A DNA stretch of 64,000 nucleotides from Eledone cirrhosa (Eukaryota), in the NCBI GenBank assembly GCA_964016885.1, contig CAXHJY010000426.1:1-64000 (forward strand). Direction: 5' to 3'. Positions 1-13,432 of the stretch are shown here, piece by piece. Both the position numbers and the translations under genes were made by a program. The notes under the pieces were generated by a model. That model saw only the letters and a list, made by a program, of their open reading frames with translations, had not been told where the DNA came from and did not search any database. Each line of letters begins with the position of its first letter. Within the stretch, counting starts at the first letter, position 1.

Positions 1-224
1 TATATATACATATATATATATATAGTAAATATACATATATATATATATACATATATATATACATATATATATACATATATATATACATATATATTATACA
101 TTTATATATATATACATATATATATACATATATATATAATATACATATATATATACATATATATATATATACATATATATATATACATATATACATATAT
201 ATATATACATATATATATATACAT

Positions 225-269
<45 letters not shown>

Positions 270-271
270 CA

Positions 272-302
<31 letters not shown>

Positions 303-724
303 CATATACATTATATATATAATATATATACTATATACATATATACATATATATATACATATACATATACAATACATATACATATACATATATATAATAA
401 TATACATATACATATATATACATATACATATACATATATATACATATATATATATATACATATATATATATACATATACTATATATACATATACATATAT
501 ACATATACATATATACATATACATATATACATATACATATATACATATACATATATACATATACATATAAATACATATATATATATAAATATATATATAT
601 ACATATATATATATATACATACACATACATATATATACATATACATACACATACATATATATACATATACATACACATACATAATATATACATATACATA
701 CACATATATATATATATATATATA
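1..724. repeat. (TA)n/(TACATA)n microsatellite
   Basis: Nearly pure TA/CA dinucleotide tract; the Y/I/M/C-rich ORFs over it are artefacts. Confidence 0.97.
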
Positions 725-876
725 CAGGGTGCGGACTATATTTGTTCGCAAGATTACTGTCTAGGAAAAAATAACACAGTAGTTTTATTCTTTAAGATAT
801 ATTTATCAAACTTGGGTCAGTTTGTCTTCATGACTTGTTCTTTCTATCTCACTCGATAAACCCGCCATTAGCTTTA
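725..876 (-). mobile_element. Solo 3' end (right TIR) of the Tc1/mariner family seen at 49782-51087
   Basis: TA-CAGGGTGCGGACTATATTTGTTCGCAAGATTACTGTCTAGG... is the reverse complement of about 50937-51087. Confidence 0.9.
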
Positions 877-894
877 AAGTTTGTCTTTAAGGTA

Positions 895-1090
895 GACAGT
901 AAAAAGGCTCCCAGTCCACACTGTAAATGTGGTTGGTGTTAGAAAGGGCATCCAGCCGTAGAAAATCTGCCAGAAACAGTTCTCTACGAACGAGAAACAG
1001 TCACCTTAGCAATCTTGCCTCAAATGGGACAAACCCGTCCAACCCATGCTAGTGTGGAAGATGGATGTTAAATGATGATGATGATGATAT
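895..1090 (+). mobile_element. RTE family B 3' UTR/tail fragment
   Basis: CCACACTGTAAATGTGGTTGGTGTTAG.AAGGGCATCCAGCC ... AACCCATGCTAG ... GTTAAA(TGA)n, matching 56760-56925. Confidence 0.85.
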
Positions 1091-1097
1091 ATATATA

Positions 1098-1896
1098 GGA
1101 ACTGGCATAAATTCTATAAAATGCACACAATGCAGATCTTGGGTACACAAGAGTTGTAGTAGGATAGCAGGCAAACTAACAGGTAGGGAGAAATACATAT
1201 GCAGTAGAGGTACAAGGAAATTTGACAGTAGAAGTCGCATTGATAGACATATTTTTCAAATGCAGGGTGATATAGAAGTGGTTGATAGCTTCCGGCACCT
1301 ACGTGATCAGATTAGCATGGGAGGGGGGGGGGGTTCCGAGGCCATAGTATCTAGAGTAAGGACTGGTTGGAAGAAGTTTAGGGAGCTGCTTCCTCTGCTG
1401 ACAAAGAAGGGTTTCTCCCTGCATAGGAAAGGACGGTTATATGATGTCTGTGTGTACGCGATGCTGCATGGTAGTGAGACATGGGCAGCAACCGCAGAGG
1501 ATATGCGACGGCTGGAGAGAAATGAGGCAAACATGCTCCGTTGGATGTGCAGTGTCAATGTGCGTGAACGACCCAGGATGAATGTGTTGAAAGAGAAACT
1601 GTGTCTGAGAGGGACAGAATGTAGTGTGCGAGAGAGGAGACTGAGGTGGTATGGACATGTGATGCGCATGGAGGATGACCGATGGGTGAAGAAGTGCCAG
1701 GAAATGCCAGTTGAGGAAGACGTGGTAGAGGTAGACCACGAAAAACATGGGCGGAGGTGGTGAGAACAGACCTCAGATCGCTGAAACTCACGGAGGAGAT
1801 GACGAAGGACCGTGACGAGTGGAGAGATGCTGTGCTGAATAAGACCCGACCCACCCTTGCAAGTAGGGCAAAACGGATGTAAAATGATAATGATGA
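1098..1896 (+). mobile_element. 5'-truncated RTE LINE, family A (3' third), decayed
   Basis: Translation matches the C-terminus of the 51931-54970 ORF ([27 protein letters not shown]); ends in a (TGA)n tail. Confidence 0.93.
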
Positions 1897-2218
1897 TATA
1901 TATATATATATATCATCATCATCATCGTTTAACAACCATCTTCCACGCTAGCATGGGTTGGATGGTTTGTCCCACTTGAGGCAAGATTGATCATATATAC
2001 ACACACACACATATATATATATATATACCCACATACATATATATAAATATACACACATACATATATATATACACACACACACATATATATATGCACATAC
2101 ACACACACATATATACACACACACACGTGTGCGCATAAAAAGTAAACAGAAATAACAAAGCAAACAACACAGTGCAATGAAGAAATACATTAGTTTAATG
2201 TTTGATATAGGAAAATTG

Positions 2219-2254
2219 TCTTTATGTTTCAGACACTAATCTTTCATCAGAAGA
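2219..2254 (-). ncRNA. Minimal hammerhead ribozyme motif, probably decayed
   Basis: Minus strand TCTT-CTGATGA-AAGATTAGTGTCT-GAAA-CA-TA-AAGA. Stem I TCTT/AAGA, stem II AGA/TCT; stem III looks like ACGT decayed to ACAT. Confidence 0.5.
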
Positions 2255-2579
2255 TAGAATGAAAAATAAAAGTTGAAATAAAAAGAGAGTCAGAAGTGGA
2301 ATATACATGTGAATGTGTGTGTGTTTATACACTACGCTTAACCCTTTAGCATTTAAACCAGCTGTAACTGGCCAGAATTCTCTAACCCCTTTCTGTTCAA
2401 ACTGGCTGCTCATACTTATGTTAAGGTATTGTTCTCAAAATAAATACTATCAAAATCTCATTTATTTGATATTATGTGGGATATTTATGTAAGATAAAGC
2501 CTTTACTGTGAAAATACAATAGTATATATAGAGTAATGTAAATGTTATGTGAGGTAAAGCCTTTACTGTGAAAATACAA

Positions 2580-3894
2580 TCTATACTATAAAGCTGACGG
2601 CCGTATGTAGGAAACAAACTTTCCGCCAAACGGCACCATAGATGTAACTTTTTCCAAGTAAAAAAGTGAGGGTATTTTTGTCTACTGAATTTTGTTAAAA
2701 GATTAAAGACATTATTTAAATATTCACTTCTTTAAAATTTCAAATGTCAACACTTCTGGTTATACGTCATTCCTCACTTTTTCTTATGATGTCGCACAAC
2801 ATTCCCCTCTTTTTCTTAGTCTGTCTTTTTAGATAGATACATAGCTGTAATATGTCTCTGTATGTCTGCATTAGATAACGTTTTTCGAAATATTTACTGC
2901 GTTCACAGATGGATTTTTTTAGATCCCGTTAAGGGTGAAAGCAGCGATTCTTTGCTTAAACTTTAATCTGTTATTTTAATATATATATTTGTGTACAGAT
3001 ATTTTTGCATACACAAAAACCAAAACCTATTTATTTCACGAAAGCACAGACGGCTTATCGTCATTGTTACTGTTCGAGGTTAGAGGACCACAGTCTTTCC
3101 AAGATCTGAGAACCATCAATGGCCATCAATGTTCCACTTACCGTTTGGCTTGACAGCCATTGGCACCTCACCCTGCAAGAAGCAGCAACTGCTAAAGTCC
3201 CTTCTCAGCTGTGAAAATTTTTTCTATTATGTTGCACAACTGCGATCTCGCCGACCCTCTCGCACTGTGGAACAACCACCGTGAAAGTCTAGCTGAGGAC
3301 ATCCTCCACCGCACATGTAGACACAATCCAAATGTAACATACGATGTCGTTTTCAATGAGGCGCTCATTTGTCTTGAAAACAGTGTCCTGGAGATTGGTG
3401 GTAGGCCTCTAAGTCACTACAGCTTACCTGCTCCTGACAGGAGTGTCCAGAGGTCAACGTCTACAGAGCTTCTCTGCGAGACGAGCTACAAAATCAGTGA
3501 TTCTCCCATGGTCAATTGTATGTAGGATGCTCTAGGGTGAGCTCGTCAAACAATCTCTTCATCTTTGCTCCGGAGGGCCGAACAAAAAATATTGTATACT
3601 CTGAGGTTCTACCAATGTAATTTAAATATTTTCTGTTACTTGGAATTTCCATTATGGATGTACAAATTATTGTTTGTTAAAAAATGTGTTCTTTGTTCAG
3701 CCTTTATTGTTGTAATATCAATTTTCTTTAACGTACTGGCTACTGAATTGGGGAATCCTAAAAACTATTCAAACCCAACATCAGAGTACGATAACACCCC
3801 TCCTCCCTTGCTGACTTGAGAGGGCATGCGGTATCTTTGCACTGGAGTGTAGGGGAGATTCCTGAAAAGATAAAATGCCAGACAGGCCAGCTAG
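2580..3894 (+). mobile_element. Internally deleted Helitron
   Basis: Starts TCTATACTATAAAG after an A, ends CTAG before a T, no TSD. Removing it restores the flanking minisatellite unit. Carries RepHel fragments. Confidence 0.9.
3047..3620 (+). pseudogene. Helitron Rep/helicase remnants
   Basis: VRGPQSFQDLRTING and DPLALWNNHRESLAED (RepHel linker region) joined by a deletion to the Pif1-type helicase C-terminus FSHGQLYVGCSRV...TKNIVYSEVL*. Confidence 0.88.
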
Positions 3895-4349
3895 TAGTAT
3901 ATATAGAGTAATGTAAATGCTATGTGAGATATTATGTGAAGTAAAGCCTTTACTGTGAAAATACAATAGTATATATAAAGTAATGTAAATGTTATGAGAT
4001 ATTATGTAAGATAAAACCTTCAGTGAAAATACAATAGTATATATAGAGTAATGTACACATACATATGCATACACTTACACAGACATCTTCATACAAATAC
4101 ATCCACCCATGGAATTGAGGACACCCCACCGACAAACTTTATGTCGGTGGGGCTGAGTGGAGCGCATGGGGAAGTGGCTAGTGGTTCTGGAGATGTGCCT
4201 GGGGGTGGAGCTGTGGCCTTGGAGGATGCAACACCTGACAACAGAGACCAGCAGGTGGTGAACACTGAGTCCATTACTCTGCCGGAACACCACATGAGGA
4301 CCGGGGAGAACTCAAATAAGGCCCACATAAGGGGAATGACAAAAAGGAT

Positions 4350-4750
4350 GCATGGACATGTAACTGCCGTGTAGGAGAGGAGTGCGCTCTGCAGGGAATG
4401 TGCCTGACAAAGGGCGTTGTCTACAGATGTGTCGTTACCACGCACAATGATAGGCACACCTACATCGGGGCAACATCCACAAGAACTCGTTCAAGGACAG
4501 GAACAAGAGGCACTCCACCAGACTGGCAGACCTAATATGGGGACTCAAAGACAGTGGCACAGAGTTTGACCTCAGCTGGAGTATTATCCAGTGCGCGAAT
4601 GCGTACTCAGCTGGCGAGATGAGGTGCAGTTTGTGCCTGTCCGAGACTATGGGAGATAGTAAAACTAAAGGGCGACGCAGTCAATCTCAAATCTGAAATC
4701 ATCATAGCCTGCAGACACCAACGTAAATGCACGCTCTCCACTTTAGTGAT
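4350..4750 (+). mobile_element. Penelope-like (Naiad-type) GIY-YIG endonuclease fragment
   Basis: Across frames: CNCRVGEECALQGMCLTKGVVY...YIGATST...LIWGLKD...SWSII...RCSLCLSE...ACRH. Confidence 0.85.
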
Positions 4751-5783
4751 ACCGGTATGACAATGCCAGGTGGGGTGCATGCAGCGGACCACGATATGCC
4801 ACAGCGTACCTATGAATGCAAGGCGGAACATGCTGATATCAACGACAGATCCAACGATACCTACCTCGTAACGTACCTTGGATAACACCATCCCACCAAC
4901 TTCGGGACACCAACTCAATATGAATCTGATTTTGTCTACAACCTTGTGTGGTTTGGAATTTGAATTTGAATTTTTGATTTTTAATTTTCGATTCGTGATG
5001 TTTAATTTGCAACTTTGATGTCGGACTTGATGCTGGTTAATGTTGCAGTTATTTCTAACTTTGCCTGCTGTTGCTATATACATGCCTACAACACAAGCCG
5101 TTGGTATATTCCACTTATGCATCCATTCCATGTACATTTCATATATACTGTTATGAAAAGGATATTCTACACATTCACAATATATATATATCTTGTTTGT
5201 GTATGCACACATGGTCCCCTCCACCACTCATGAAACCTGTCTCATGTGCAGGCTCTTACCCAGTCCCTTGGATCCTCATTCCCTCTGTATCTTATATAAC
5301 TCTATGCATCACAGTCCTCAAGTATTTTTATGCAACTTTATGCACATCCCAATAATGTCCGTGTGGCGTGATCAGATACCCCCTCTGCATCTTTATCATG
5401 TATACATCCCTTTTTCCAGTATTTTATTTTATTTTATGTACGTACTCGCATTTACATATATGTACCCCCCCCCCCCCCATGTTATCTGTGATTAGTGCAT
5501 GGCTACTATGTAGCTATTGCATTTATGTATATTGTGCATGCACTTTCAGGCTTATATGGCCCCATGAATGGGTTGGGTCCAAGCCTCAAGAATGTTGTCT
5601 CATGTAATATTTTATGCGCCATGTGCACAGTTGTGTGTGTGGATGTGTAGGTATTCATTAAGTATGTGCTTTTTTTTTAGATGTATAAGCATGCCCATGC
5701 GCGGGTACATGTATGTATGTGTGTCCACGCACATGTGCATGTCTGGGTGTATGTAATTGTATGAACATGTCTGTGTAAGTGTA

Positions 5784-5821
<38 letters not shown>

Positions 5822-5833
5822 TGGGTGAGTGTG

Positions 5834-5867
<34 letters not shown>

Positions 5868-6699
5868 TTTATCAAAAATACCTTTGAATTAACTTTCTTG
5901 AAAGGTTATTTCAAGCATTCTTTTAAAAACGTTCTTTTTACAGGGTTTTCTTTTTGAAATGTGTGTTTTTTAACGTATTTTGAGGGTGATTTCTGAAACG
6001 TTCTATTAAATGTTTTTCCATTTTTTTTTTTAAATCCTTCTAAGTATTCGTTGCACATTCAATATTTGCTGTGGTTGTCGCATATAATACAGTTGCGGGT
6101 GTGTACGTGATCGCTGTGCCCATATGTATCACGCCTGCGCGAAACATGGACATGGGTGAGGGCGCCTTCCGGTTGAGAAGGCGGTGACAGGGCGCGAGCG
6201 GTTCAATCAAACAACCCCTCACCTCCTACAGTAGTAATTCCGATTTAAGAAACAATTTTGATTGACAGGTGGCAAATGAAAGGTATCAAATATAGGACGG
6301 CCATGAGTGGCCAAAAATACCAATGATGTGTACAATTCTTGACCACTCATAGAATGACAACAACAGGATCTAAGCTGCTGAGTGAAGGCCGCAGGTGTAA
6401 CTGGACATTTGGAAACTCTGCTTTGTAGAATCGAGATGTATCTGAGGACCTTGCGATTTTCAGAGTCAGGTTCGATCATCAAATCGATTGTGCCTCGAGC
6501 TGGTCGCCAGAGAAACGATTGTAATATGTCTAATAAATTTTATTCGTCGCAACACTGATTTTCCGTTTCTTATGTGATATATATATATATGATGGTTGCA
6601 AACTCTGCCAAGAGTATTGTAATCGCTTGTCAGATTCAGATGTGTGAAGCTCGGATATGGCTTTTCAAGCCTGCTAAAGACTTGCACTCCTTCACACAC

Positions 6700-7110
6700 T
6701 GACGACAACTATGGCTTGAGGTTGCCCATGAACCCACACAACACCGTGGAGATCATAGTTCCCTGGTTCTCTTTGAACATGGCTGCGACTGTGGCTCCTG
6801 AGACCAGATTTGCTCAAGCAAATTTTTCCATACTCAGGGCACTTCAATTTAATGGAGAATTGATCGTTTCGAGAGATACACCAGGGCATTGCTTACGCAT
6901 ACCCCGTTTGATCTGCTTGTGCTCTATGCGCCTGTCCTTAAAATTATGGACCCCATCATTCATCATTCCACGCCAAGTTTCTCTTTCAAGAGCTTCTCTC
7001 TCCCAGTCAGCCATCATCAAATCAGTTTTTTTTCAATGAGTCCTTTACACAATCCTTGAATCAGAGCCCTGGCTTGTGAGGTGGTCTCTTACCCTCACAA
7101 AGCTCGCTAT
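6700..7110 (-). mobile_element. 3' end of a third LINE family (RTE/BovB-like) with a degenerate C-terminal C2H2 finger
   Basis: Minus strand YSELCEGKRPPHKP..FKDCVK, ALERETWR, CPEYGKICLSKSGLRSHSRSH. Confidence 0.75.
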
Positions 7111-9671
7111 ATAGATATATAAGTATATATAAGACACTGTGAACATAAACCTGATTTTAAATATATTCTGCTAAAAATCATTATAGAATGTTAAAAGTTA
7201 AAGAGGTGATGGTTATTATTAGTATTTAACACTGAACAAGAATAAAAATGTATCATTTTATAGCTAAAGAGGTTTGTATTATTTTGATGCCATTTTCAAA
7301 AATCAAAACTTCATTCTTTTGAGAAGCAGTTAAACAACTGAAAAACAAGACAAACAAACAAAAAAAAAAGAGAATCAAAAACAATTTTTAATTTAATTTC
7401 ACTGAAAATCATAATTTACTCAATTTTCCAAGACTTTCAAAAGGGTTGTAAAATTAATTATGAATGAGAAATTAATCTAATGTTTAATTAAAAGGCACTA
7501 CAAAATTCAAGAAAAACAAAAAGTGATCTGAGAATGGATACACTGAGTTAGAGGGAGATGTCACACAAAGAAGTGAAGAAAATGGAATAGAATGAAGCAA
7601 CTAGATAAATAATGTAGACTTTATTAAAGATCACGCTTAACTGATCTGCAAGAATGACAGAATAGGTTAGTAGAGGATAGAGAGAAAGAGTGAGACTTAC
7701 TGCTTGCTATTTTTGCTGTAAGTAAAACCAAGTAACGATTAGAAAAGATTCACATTCAGTTTTTGTAACAAAAACTTGTCCTGTTTCAGTTTTTTAAAAA
7801 CAGCCCTTTCTTCTATGATATAAGCCTGTTTTAAACCTTCCATCATAATTTTATGTATGAACCCCTGGTTCTTTGATACAAAACTATTTATTTTAAAGTG
7901 TTTCTATTTAATCAAAAACCTTCCATCAAATTATTTGAAAATTATAATCAGTGTCGTTGATTAGGAATGGTTCACGTGTAAAATATGGTAGAAGAGCTGA
8001 AATGTTGATGGCTCAATTATTTATAGGTGAAAATATTGCAGAGATTTAGTGGTACAAAAAAAAAAAAAATAACATGAATCTAATTTAAAGAAATAGTAAT
8101 TAATATTGACACATAGACAAAGAGACATTACCACAATAAAAAGTACCCAGTCCACACTGTAAATATGGTTGGTGTTAGGAAGGGCATTTGTTACTATTAC
8201 CAGTTCTGTTCTTTGTGCACCACATACCCCTCATCTGACCACTTCTGTATGCTGCTACAATTCCCAAGATTTTACAAAACACCAATACAACCTTACAAGC
8301 TTATACACACACACACACATACACAGATGAATAATCACATAAACCTATCCTAACACAAACACACATGCACAAATAAAAAAAACAAAAGATTCACAGACGA
8401 ACAAAAACTACATAAAACATTTACACACACACACACACAATGCACGCCCATGAAATATACTCCACGAAACACCTGGACACTCCATTTATTCCCCCATCCC
8501 CATATGTTGAACTACTCACCTCCCCTCCCCAGACATCGTAATTTTTTCTCTCCAAACTCTGTTGTTCAAACCTTTCCCTTTTCTCTCCTAACTTTACTAT
8601 TTGCTGAAGCAGGACTTATGTCCAATACATTGAAACCCTCATTTACTTCTTCCCAAGTGTGAAACTAATAAGATTTTGTGGGTTTGCATCTGTGTTTGTC
8701 TATTCTTAAACTATATATGTTTGTGTAAGTATTAACCTAAGAACTGTGATACTGTGTGTGAGTATTAACCTTAAAGCTTCGATACTGTAGTGATTTCCAG
8801 AGGCTGACTGAGGAGATGGGGCTGTTTCTCTGTTGCCTTTATCCTGAGTGCCCCACTGTTTTGAAATTTATATATGTACAGTATATATATTCAAATTAGT
8901 ATGTCCATTTCAAAATAATACTAAGAGCAAATGAGTATATATACCCATCAAACATTCGTTGTGGTTGATTGGATGATATACATATCTTCTGATGAAGGTT
9001 CAATTAGGTCCATAAATCAATTAAAGATGTTTATCATTTTTTTTAATTTACAGGGAAATTCCTATTTTCTGGCATGTTTACATACCTACATATTAAATAT
9101 GTGTATATAGACACGTTGGTACAGTCCCGGTTACACACACTGTTGTTATATAGATATAACTTTATTAAATATATGATGCAGTGGGATCTGAGGCTAGCAA
9201 AGAACATAGGTTTTACATGTATACAGGAAATACCAGTGGAAGGAACCTACAGTAGAGGTAGATGAAGAAAGACTTGAGCAGAGGTGGTGAGAGCTGACCG
9301 CAAATCAGAGACTCACAGATGAGATGAAGGACTGTGGCAAGTAGAGAGATGCTGTGCTGAGAAACACCTGTCTAACCCATGCAGATGTAAAAAACAGATG
9401 TAAAAAAAGATTATGGTGATATATCTATACACATCTCTCTCTCTATATATATCAATTTACACACACATTATATATATATATATATTCTTATTTGTTATGC
9501 TCATAATTTTTGGCATTAATATACACTGGTTGGATGCCCTTCCTAACACCAGCACCACTTTAGAGCATGGACTGGGACTGCCTTTATTTGTGCCACCAAC
9601 ACTAGAGAAGTTGTCTTATTGGGCTCCGGGGCCCTCTCCACTCCTCCATTTTACAAGTAGGAGTACAGCAG

Positions 9672-10618
9672 GGTTTGGTCCTCAGCCCGCTCTTGTTCAT
9701 TATAGTCCTCCAAGCCATAACAGAGGAGTTTAAAACTGGCTGTCCATGGTAACTTCTCTATGCTGACGATCTGGTTCTTATAGCAGAATCAGTAGAGGAG
9801 AAATGGCCCTGTTCGATATGCAGAAAAGGAACTGGCATAAATTCTATAGAATATACACAATGCAGATCTTGGGTACACAAGAGATGTAGTGTAAAGCAGG
9901 CAAACTAACAGGTAGGGAGAACTATGTATGCAGTAGATATACAGGGAAATTTGACAGTAGAAATCGCAGTGATAGACACATTTTTCAAATGCAGGTAGGT
10001 TCTATAGTGATTGTTGATAGTTTCTGATACCTAAGTGATAAGATTAGCATGGGAGGGAGTTGTTTCGAAGCCATAGCATCTAGAATAAGGACGGGTAGAA
10101 ATAAGTTTAGGGAGCTGCTAACAAAGAACAGTTTCTCCCTGCATATGAAAGGCTGGTTATATGATGCCTGTGTCAGATGTACGATGCTGCATGGTAGTGA
10201 GACATGAGCAGCAACTGCAGAGGATGTGCGACGGCTGGAGAGAAATGAGGCAAGCATGGTCCGCTGGATGTGAAATATCAATGTACGTGAACGACCAAGC
10301 ATGGATGAGTTGAGAGAGAGAAACTGTGTATAAGAGGGATAAGTTGTAGTGTGCGGGACAGAAGACTGATATGGTATGGACATGTGATGCACATGGAGGA
10401 TGACCGCTGGGTAAAGAAGTGCCAAGAAGTCCCAGTTGAAGGAAGACGTAGTGGAGGAAGACCACGAAAAACATGGGTGGAGGTAGTGAGAGCAGACATC
10501 AGATCGCTGAAGCTCACGGAGGAGATGACAAGTGGAGAAATGCTGTGCTGAATGGGACTCGTCCCACCCTTGAAAGCAGGGAAAAGCGGACGTAAAATGA
10601 TGATGATGACGATGATGA

Positions 10619-10620
<2 letters not shown>
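9672..10620 (+). mobile_element. RTE family A fragment, decayed, with internal deletion
   Basis: [31 protein letters not shown] region, GRPRKTW and (TGA)n tail. Confidence 0.9.
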
Positions 10621-10654
<34 letters not shown>

Positions 10655-11269
10655 TGAGCTACCCGGTGATTCCTGCGTATTTTATTAAAGTTACAATATT
10701 TGACCATTCAAATATGATTGCTGAATTTTAACTAAAGTAGGAATTATAGCAGAATATTTACTGCCATTTGTTTAAAGCAAATCATGTAGATAAAAATATT
10801 ATTAGTTTTGTCCAGTGGTGATTTGTTAAATACTGCTCCCTATTACAGTCAGCATATATAATTCTTCACACGTGGAAGAATCATTAGGTATGTTGTCAGT
10901 GAAAAGGGTATGACCACAAAAATAAATTTAGTTTTTATTTATCCTTTTTTTTTTTTTCACCTTAGAACCTCTGAAATTCAAACAAAATGTGAAGGCTATT
11001 TTAAAAAGCATAAATAAAATAGAATAAAAAATAAAATTTACCATTGGTTTATGATTGAATGAAGAATTTACTTAAGTTTATTTAAATGTGTGAGTGTGGT
11101 AAATATATACATATACACCAGGAACCAAACTCCCACTGTCACTGTTCGAACACGTGTTTGGTAAATAATTGTTATTTATGTTAAATTCTGAAGAAATCAA
11201 TACTGTAGAAATGTATTTTCCTACTGTATTTTTTGTGGTAACAGCTCCACGATCACTTTACTGTGGGAG

Positions 11270-11725
11270 GGGGTGGGGGCATATTGTCTATATGCTTCAG
11301 CTTCAGCTTGTACCCGTGGGATGGGGTGGGGGTCGGGTCGGGTCTTCTGTATTACTGCGTGACATCAGAGGTAATGGTCGTGTGTCATCGCCTTTGAGAG
11401 GTGTAATTGGGGAAGGCCAGCTTTTATCACCGCATCCCAGGTCTTCTTGGGTCTCCCCACTCCGAGGCTTCCATCGACTTCTAGTGCTCTGCACCTTTTT
11501 ATGCAGCTGTCATCCTTCATACGCATCCCATGTCCATACCAACGCAACCGCCTCTCCTGCACACACCATTTGATTCCTCTTATGCTGTCTCTCTCTCGAT
11601 TTGTTTATGCTCTGCCGTTCGCATATATTACTATTACACATCCATCGGAGCATGCAGGCTTCATTTCTTTCTAATCTATGCAGGTCTTCTACACACAGCG
11701 CTCAGGCTCACTACCCTGTAGCATT
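11270..11725 (-). mobile_element. RTE family B-type 3' fragment
   Basis: Minus-strand [22 protein letters not shown]...GRPKKTW. Confidence 0.88.
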
Positions 11726-12289
11726 GCTGTTTGTGTGCACACATATACACACACACACACATACATATATACATACACACACACACACACACACATATAT
11801 ACACACACACATACACACACATATATATACACACACACACACATACACACACATATATATATACATACATAGATAGATATACAAAGTGGTTGGTGATAGA
11901 AAGTCACAGAAAGATTGCCACACAAAAGAATTGGGAGAACCCATCAGTTGTGTCAAGGACATGATAACCTCCCTAGTGCTGGTAATCTACATGATAAACG
12001 CACCCTATAAAGTGTCTGGTATTGGGAAGGGCATCCAGCCATAGTAAGATTGCCAAACAAAGGGTTGGGAGGACCCATCAATTTGTGTAAAAGACATGAC
12101 AACTTCTCTTTTATGTATTTGATAGAACGTATGATCATACCTGAGATAACAGATCTTTAGCCTGTCTGGGAGTTCAGTAGCTCCACATCAGTACTGACTT
12201 GGTCTGTGTAGACCCACCCAACTCTTGCTAGCAGGGAAAGTGAACGTTAAACAATGATGATGATATATATATACAAATATGCATACAAT

Positions 12290-12565
12290 GTTAAGTACCA
12301 GTACACACTGTAAAGTGGTCATGTAGGTGTCACAACAAAAAGTACCCAGTACACACTGTAGAGTGATCATGTAGGTGTCACAACAAAAACACCCAGCACT
12401 AACTGTAAATGAGGTTGACATTAGGAAGGGCATCCAGCTGTAGAAACCAAACCAGAATCCTTTCTGTATGAGCAAGACATTATCACCTGACCTGGTTTGT
12501 CTCACACCAGGACAACTCATCTAACTCATGCTAGCATAGGGAAATCGATGTTAAACGGTGATATT
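12290..12565 (+). mobile_element. RTE family B 3' UTR with two 48-bp modules and tail
   Basis: Same 48-bp unit as the 22.7-24.0 kb array, followed by AGGAAGGGCATCCAGC and the terminal motif. Confidence 0.85.
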
Positions 12566-12747
12566 ATATATTAATATATATACATATATATAGTAATAAT
12601 AATTACAAAGACCAAAATCCGAAGAGTGCTCAATAAGAATGTTTGAAATATTTATTTCTGCATCTACAGATTGATTTTTCTTAATTTCAGAAGATCCTGT
12701 AAAAGGGTGACAGAAGAGATTCTTTGCTTAAACTTTAATCTGTACAA

Positions 12748-12797
<50 letters not shown>

Positions 12798-13240
12798 TGT
12801 CACAATTCACTGACCATTTTTACTCCATGTGATCAACAATGATATTTGAACATTGATCTATATATCTGGTATTATTGATTCATGATCTTCTATGTTTTGG
12901 TTGTACATAGTTTAGTCATTAACTCACACCTCACACCACATCTGTTGCAACATCTTATATTTTTGTTTGTTTGTTGTGTATTCTTTAATTGCTTTCATTA
13001 CCTGATGATGATTGTTGGTTCCTTCAACAAGGGACATTCCAAGCTTCTCTTTACTATTTTAGTTGTGGAAAGGTTACAGGAATAATCTTGTACTCTTGTA
13101 CTCCCCACTACAACCACCACCACCAGAAACACCTTCATTAATACCATCGCCACCATCATCACTACCAACCCACACAACCCACATCACAACCATTACCATT
13201 AGCAGTTGATATCTCACTAGCTAGAGAACAGATCTAACTA

Positions 13241-13432
13241 ATAATTGTTTCTACTTTTGGCACATGGCCAGCAATTATCCCAGTGTATTACTAGTACTTT
13301 ATTTTATCGACTCCGTAAGGATGAAAGGCAAAGTTAACCTCGGCGGGATTTTAACTCAGTCCGTAAAGGGACGTAACTATGCTGCAAAGCATGGCATCTG
13401 ACCCTCTAACGATACTGCCAATCCACGGCCCT
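13241..13432 (-). mobile_element. tRNA-derived SINE with a Deu/Nin-like central domain
   Basis: Minus strand GCCGAGGTTAACTTTGCCTTTCATCCTTACGGAGTCGATAAAATAAAAGTAC; homologous copies at 57817-58000 and 62845-63075. Confidence 0.8.

Larger units (their letters stand above)
2470..4060. repeat. ~60-70 bp minisatellite split by a Helitron (2470-2579 and 3895-4060)
   Basis: Unit TAAAGCCTTTACTGTGAAAATACAATAGTATATATAGAGTAATGTAAATGTTATG occurs on both sides of the insertion. Confidence 0.85.

Noticed and set aside
102-751. Tyr/Ile/Met/Cys-rich ORFs (also about 11.7, 55.0, 57.0 and 62.4 kb)
   Set aside because: Translations of TA/CA microsatellites.
6040-6690. GC-richer segment as a host exon or transposase remnant
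   Set aside because: Multiple stops and no motif I can confidently assign.
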